Assembly: GCF_000011805.1 (NCBI RefSeq)
Contig: NC_006841.2
Length of the DNA: 32,000 nt
Origin: Aliivibrio fischeri ES114
GTDB lineage: Bacteria > Pseudomonadota > Gammaproteobacteria > Enterobacterales > Vibrionaceae
Direction: 5' to 3' (one strand)
The number at the start of each line of letters is the position of its first letter. Position 1 is the stretch's first letter. The position numbers were made by a program, and so were the translations under genes. Shown one piece after another: positions 27,451 to 32,000 of the stretch. The notes beneath the pieces are model-generated. The model saw only the letters and a list, made by a program, of their open reading frames with translations. It made no database searches and was not told the DNA's origin.

Positions 27451-28946
27451 TCACTTTAAGCCAACGTATTTTTATTATTTTAGAATCAGCATGGCGTCGT
27501 CGCTATTTGATTGTCTTACCCATTATATTAATGCCTTTTATTGGACTGACTGTTGCTAAGTTAGCCCCCAAACATTATGACTCTCACACCAGTATGTTGA
27601 TCCAAGAAACAGCAAAAATGAACCCATTCCTAGAGGATTTAGCCGTTTCGACCATGCTAAAAGAGCGATTAAGTGCTTTGCAGACTCTGTTACACAGTCG
27701 GCATATCTTAGGCTCAGTTGCAGAAGAACGAGGTTATATTCATGAGTCAATGTCCCCTCAAGCTATTGATAATGAAATCAATAAACTCTCTGCTAACTTA
27801 TCCGTCAGTATGGCTGGTAAAGATTTAATTCGTATTGATTATCGAGCGAATAACCCTGATGGAATGAAAGATACGCTAGAAGCAGTGAGCCGTCATTTTA
27901 CTGAACAACTTTTAGCACCAGAGCGTTCATCTATGAAGGATTCAAGTAAATTCCTCTCTGATAACATTGAATTTCGTCGACAAGAATTGGATGCCGCAGA
28001 GGAAAAATTAGCCGAATTTAAGAGCCAAGAAAATACCGTATTGCCTGAAATGCAAATCACAAGTTTAGATAGGTTAACCAAACTAAAACAACGTTTATAC
28101 GAACGACAAGCTGAGCTAGCTGGTGCGAAAAAACGCCTAGGCTCAATTGATCTTCAACTTTCAAAAACCAATCCAGTAATCGGTAAAATAGAAGAACAAA
28201 TCATCCGAATTCGTGGTGAACTGACTTTATTACAAGCCAAATACACCCCTCAACACAGTAAGGTTCAAGGAAAGTTACGTAATTTAAACCGCCTCGAAGA
28301 AGAGCGCTCTCGCTTACTTTCACAAACTCAACCTGGCTTAAGTAGTGAACAATTATGGGACATAGCAAGTAGCAACAGCGTCGAAGATTTAGCAAAAGCG
28401 CCACCAATTCTTCTGTCCCAATTAGAAGAGTTACAGCAAGCAACCAGTAAAGTTGATGCGTTAACAGAAGAAACACGAGTTCTCGAAAGCATGATCAAGG
28501 ATATTGAGCTACAAGCATCCACATTTGGACAAAACGAAAAAGTACTTTATCAATTACAACGAGATCTCGCTCTTAAACGTGAACTCTATAATGATCTAGT
28601 TGAACGGTTTGAAATGGCTAAGCTCACTCGTTCACTCGGGGTTTTTGAACAAGAAAAACGAGTCAAGATCATCGATAGACCGTATACACCTAGTGGTCCT
28701 TCAAATTTACCCACGATCCTATATGCCATTGCAGGGGTTATTGGGGGGATAGGATTTGGCATTGGAATGGCGATTATCGCTGAATTATGCGACACAAGTA
28801 TTCGCCGCAAAGATGAAATCGCTACATTAAGCACATCTCCTGTATTAAGCCGAATACCACCGCAACCGGTGAAATGCTTCAATTTATCAGAAGATACACA
28901 CTCGACAACAAACAACCTCCTATCAAGTATGTCAAAAGCCAATTAA
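27447..28946 (+). CDS. sypO: SypO, Wzz-type chain-length determinant / polysaccharide co-polymerase
   Basis: N- and C-terminal TM segments (YLIVLPIILMPFIGLTVAKL; ILYAIAGVIGGIGFGIGMAIIAELCD) flanking long coiled coil; VKIIDRPYTPSGPSNLP. Start 27447 after GGAGG. Confidence 0.94.
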   Translation: MITLSQRIFIILESAWRRRYLIVLPIILMPFIGLTVAKLAPKHYDSHTSMLIQETAKMNPFLEDLAVSTMLKERLSALQTLLHSRHILGSVAEERGYIHESMSPQAIDNEINKLSANLSVSMAGKDLIRIDYRANNPDGMKDTLEAVSRHFTEQLLAPERSSMKDSSKFLSDNIEFRRQELDAAEEKLAEFKSQENTVLPEMQITSLDRLTKLKQRLYERQAELAGAKKRLGSIDLQLSKTNPVIGKIEEQIIRIRGELTLLQAKYTPQHSKVQGKLRNLNRLEEERSRLLSQTQPGLSSEQLWDIASSNSVEDLAKAPPILLSQLEELQQATSKVDALTEETRVLESMIKDIELQASTFGQNEKVLYQLQRDLALKRELYNDLVERFEMAKLTRSLGVFEQEKRVKIIDRPYTPSGPSNLPTILYAIAGVIGGIGFGIGMAIIAELCDTSIRRKDEIATLSTSPVLSRIPPQPVKCFNLSEDTHSTTNNLLSSMSKAN

Positions 28947-28989
28947 AACGACTAACTGTGAGGGCAATATTTCAAATTACTAAATTCAT

Positions 28990-29004
28990 TCTCAATTTGA
29001 GAAA
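28990..29004 (+). promoter_or_regulatory. SypG box upstream of sypP
   Basis: TTCTCAATTTGAGAA, identical to the proximal sypI box. Confidence 0.75.
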
Positions 29005-29050
29005 ACAAAAACAACGATAACTAACACATTGATAATTAAAAACTTATTAA

Positions 29051-29067
29051 TTGGCACAAACTCTGCA
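29051..29067 (+). promoter_or_regulatory. Sigma-54 promoter upstream of sypP
   Basis: TTGGCACAAACTCTGCA with correct element spacing. Confidence 0.9.
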
Positions 29068-29101
29068 ATTCATATATTAGAATCATGAATAGGAGTGCGA
29101 T

Positions 29102-30190
29102 ATGAAAACCATTATTCACGTTGTCCAACACCTTTCACCTGGCGGGTTAGAAAGTATGGTATTAGATATGTTGGAGTTTACAAGCCAAGAACATCGCATC
29201 ATTATTGTGAGCTTAGATGGTGCCTATGAAAAAACATTGGAAAATTGGCCAAGGTTACAACGTTATCAAGACCAAATAATATGTTTGAATAAATCAGCAG
29301 GATTTTCCTTTAAAGTAATAAAACAACTACTTAATTTATTTAAAACCTATAACGCAACGGTTGTACACTCTCATCATATAGGGCCATTAATTTACTCTGG
29401 AATTGCAGCCAAACTGAATAAAAAAATAAATCATGTTCATACAGAACACGATGCATGGCACCTCAATGCTAGCAAACATCGTCGATTACAACGATTTGCT
29501 CTTTCTCTGTCTCAACCTAAATTAGTTGCAGATGCCAGTTTTGTAAAAAAATCACTTAACAACATTTTTAATAGCTACCCTATTTACACAATAAAAAATG
29601 GCATTAACCCATACAAATTCAGCATCGGTGATAAACAAAAAGCAAGAAATAAACTAAATATAATATTACCTGTTAATTCCATTGTTGTTGGTAATGCTGG
29701 GCGACTAGAAACTGTAAAAGGTCAATTAAACCTGATTGAAGCATTCCGTTTTTTAAATTCTAAATATCACTTACTGCTTGCAGGTTCTGGCTCCCAAAAA
29801 GAGCACTTAATGCAACTAGTTAAACGATATCACTTAGAAGATAGAGTGCACTTTTTAGGGCATATCGATCATATGCCGACCTTTTATCACGCATTAGATT
29901 TATTTTGTCTTCCTTCAAATAACGAAGGATTCCCATTATCGACGCTAGAGGCTCAGGCTTGTGGGATCCCTTGTATCGCAAATGATGTTGGTGGAGTAAG
30001 TGAAACTCTATGTCCAAAATCCAGCATTTTAGTCAGTAACAATGCTGCTATAACATTAGCTCAAGCCATTGAATCAATGACACACAAAACCAAAAAATTC
30101 TCTTCACGAGATTTCATTTTAAAAAATAACCATGCTCAATCGATGGTTAATGCATATGAAGAGTTATATTTTGAAGGAGCAAATCTATGA
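29102..30190 (+). CDS. sypP: SypP, GT4-like glycosyltransferase
   Basis: VQHLSPGGLESMVLDML...LFCLPSNNEGFPLSTLEAQACGIPCIANDVGGVSET. Confidence 0.92.
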   Translation: MKTIIHVVQHLSPGGLESMVLDMLEFTSQEHRIIIVSLDGAYEKTLENWPRLQRYQDQIICLNKSAGFSFKVIKQLLNLFKTYNATVVHSHHIGPLIYSGIAAKLNKKINHVHTEHDAWHLNASKHRRLQRFALSLSQPKLVADASFVKKSLNNIFNSYPIYTIKNGINPYKFSIGDKQKARNKLNIILPVNSIVVGNAGRLETVKGQLNLIEAFRFLNSKYHLLLAGSGSQKEHLMQLVKRYHLEDRVHFLGHIDHMPTFYHALDLFCLPSNNEGFPLSTLEAQACGIPCIANDVGGVSETLCPKSSILVSNNAAITLAQAIESMTHKTKKFSSRDFILKNNHAQSMVNAYEELYFEGANL

Positions 30191-31374
30191 ATCTTTTTCT
30201 TATCATCATCACATCGTTAAGTATTGGTATCGTAATATACCATCATGCTCTTTACCCTATACTATTACGCTGGTTTGCTTCTCGTCACCCAATAAAAGCA
30301 ATAAAGCCAACCTGTAGAAACTTTGCTGAATCAAAAAAAGATCGTACATTGCCGTCAATAACCATGATCATTCCAGCTTATAACGAGTCACAATGGATTG
30401 CTGAAAAAATTCGCAATTTATCTTGTTTAGATTATCCATCATCAAAATTAAAAATTATCATCGCATGTGATGGATGTACTGATGACACTGTTACTATTGC
30501 TTATAACACTATACAAGAAGCTCTATGTGCAGATACCCACTTTGAAATTTTAGATTTTGAACATAATCGAGGAAAAGTGGCCTTACTTAACCAACTTATT
30601 CCTCAATATCAGTCAAGTGATGTCATTGCTCTGAGTGACGTTTCAGCCCTGCTTTCTTACGATGCATTGTTAATTGCAGCTAAACATTTCGAGAACAAAA
30701 ATGTTGGTGTTGTAAATCCTACTTATCATTTATTAACACCTTCCTCTGAAGGCGAAAAGAAATATTGGGAGTATCAAACCCTTATTAAACAACAAGAAGC
30801 AACATTAGGTTCAAGCTTAGGATCTCATGGGGCTTTTTATCTATTTCGTTCCGAGCTATTTATTCATCTAGAGTCAGATACCATTAATGATGACTTTATT
30901 TTACCCATGATGATAGTAAAACAAGGTTATCAAGCAGTATACGACCCAAGCATTCTAGCAGTAGAACTAGAACGCGTAGTACAAGAAGAAGACTTTTCTC
31001 GAAGATTAAGAATTTCAGCAGGGAATGTACAACAATTATTCCGTCTAGTTACCTTGTTTAACCCTAAATACAAAGGAACAGCATTTACCTTTTTCTCTGG
31101 TAAAGGGTTAAGAGCAATGATGCCATATTTCATGCTTATTGCGTATATCGGCTCAGCTTGCCTTTTATCTAACCCTTTATTTTTAATCGCATTTATTGGA
31201 CAAACCATTGGATATTGCATAGGGGTTATTAGTTTATTCTTACCTGCATTATTTTCAAATAAATATTGTCAGATCCTTGCCTATTTAATATCAGGTCACA
31301 CTGCCAATTTACTCGGCGGATTAAATTATCTATTAAAAAAACCAACCGCTCCGTGGACTCGAGTTCAAAAATAA
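30187..31374 (+). CDS. sypQ: SypQ, GT2 membrane glycosyltransferase
   Basis: ITMIIPAYNESQWIAEKIRNLSCLDYPSSKLKIIIACDGCTDDT...VIALSDVSALLSYDALLIAAKHF...DDFILPMMIVKQG...RRLRISAGNVQQL, with TM segments at both ends. Confidence 0.93.
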   Translation: MNLFLIIITSLSIGIVIYHHALYPILLRWFASRHPIKAIKPTCRNFAESKKDRTLPSITMIIPAYNESQWIAEKIRNLSCLDYPSSKLKIIIACDGCTDDTVTIAYNTIQEALCADTHFEILDFEHNRGKVALLNQLIPQYQSSDVIALSDVSALLSYDALLIAAKHFENKNVGVVNPTYHLLTPSSEGEKKYWEYQTLIKQQEATLGSSLGSHGAFYLFRSELFIHLESDTINDDFILPMMIVKQGYQAVYDPSILAVELERVVQEEDFSRRLRISAGNVQQLFRLVTLFNPKYKGTAFTFFSGKGLRAMMPYFMLIAYIGSACLLSNPLFLIAFIGQTIGYCIGVISLFLPALFSNKYCQILAYLISGHTANLLGGLNYLLKKPTAPWTRVQK

Positions 31375-31388
31375 CAGAGGATTTTATT

Positions 31389-32000
31389 ATGATAGATTCA
31401 TATTACACAATGAACCAATCGACCATTAAAGCCAAACGTGCTTTTGATGTTTGTTTATCCATTATAGGCTTAATGCTTACGCTTCCACTTTTTCCATTTA
31501 TTGCTCTAGCGATTAAGTTAGATTCAAAAGGCCCAGTTTTTTACCGCCAACTTCGAGTTGGAAAAGCCATGCCAGATCAAATTCATGTTTTTGAAATGAT
31601 AAAATTTAGAAGTATGGTGCAAGATGCAGAAGTGGCTACTGGGGCAACCCTTGCAACAAAAGGCGACAGTAGAGTCACTACCGTTGGTCGTATATTGCGA
31701 AAAACACGCTTAGACGAGTTACCACAATTTTTTAATGTAATAAATGGAGATATGTCTCTTGTAGGGCCTCGACCTGAAAGACCAACCTTTTACAATAAAT
31801 TAGAACGTGAAATCCCTTATTTTAGTGAAAGAACTTATGGAGTATTACCGGGTATTACAGGATTAGCTCAAATTAACCAAGGTTATGATACGTGTATTGA
31901 AGATGTTCGCTCAAAAGTAGGATTTGACCATAGTTACGCTCTATCGTTAACCTCAATCTCAGGATGGATTAAATCTGATATTTATATTCTTCTAATGACA
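31389..32000 (+). CDS. sypR: SypR, initiating undecaprenyl-phosphate sugar phosphotransferase (partial, 3' end outside window)
   Basis: Not in ORF track. Translated from ATG 31389 (SD GAGG): KRAFDVCLSIIGLMLTLPLFPFIALAIKLDSKGPVFYRQLRVG...FEMIKFRSMVQDAE...LRKTRLDELPQFFNVINGDMSLVGPRPERPTFYNKL, open to base 32000. Confidence 0.95.
   Translation, partial: MIDSYYTMNQSTIKAKRAFDVCLSIIGLMLTLPLFPFIALAIKLDSKGPVFYRQLRVGKAMPDQIHVFEMIKFRSMVQDAEVATGATLATKGDSRVTTVGRILRKTRLDELPQFFNVINGDMSLVGPRPERPTFYNKLEREIPYFSERTYGVLPGITGLAQINQGYDTCIEDVRSKVGFDHSYALSLTSISGWIKSDIYILLMT

Noticed and set aside
11587-29000. Minus-strand ORFs inside syp genes, e.g. 11587-11769, 12679-12957, 14891-15100, 15605-15811, 18146-18355, 20791-21039, 23584-23823, 25817-26005, 28586-28942
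   Set aside because: Opposite to well-supported syp coding sequence, no domain signature or ribosome binding context.
1-32000. Search by eye for CRISPR arrays, tRNA/rRNA, IS transposases, integrases, retrons, toxin-antitoxin or phage genes
   Set aside because: No regularly spaced repeats, cloverleaf-type elements or mobile-element proteins were recognised; coding space is almost fully explained by chromosomal regulatory and syp genes.

Overview
By gene content, order and diagnostic motifs, this AT-rich window is the rpoQ-syp region of an Aliivibrio (Vibrio fischeri-group) genome. The right two-thirds (about 9.4-32 kb) is a collinear symbiosis/biofilm polysaccharide locus, sypA-B-C-D-E-F-G-H-I-J-K-L-M-N-O-P-Q-R, with sypR cut by the window edge. 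Its promoter regions can be read directly: four sigma-54 type -24/-12 elements (upstream of sypA, sypI, sypM, sypP), each preceded by TTCTCA-type SypG boxes. The left third holds a truncated degenerate-GGDEF/EAL membrane protein and an RpoS-like sigma factor (RpoQ-like), both on the minus strand. These are followed by a plus-strand hybrid histidine kinase plus receiver-TPR protein pair, and a minus-strand two-gene module (LruC-domain surface-type protein plus small lipoprotein) divergent from sypA. The syp locus itself is known biology. The parts most worth checking are: (1) the LruC/lipoprotein module, which may share SypG boxes and have its own sigma-54-like promoter; (2) the hybrid kinase/receiver-TPR pair, which lacks an HPt domain and sits beside syp; (3) consensus IHF-like sites between SypG boxes and the sigma-54 elements; (4) a SypD that has lost the Walker A lysine. 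No tRNA, rRNA, CRISPR array, IS element or phage gene was seen. All assignments come from reading the sequence; no database search was run.
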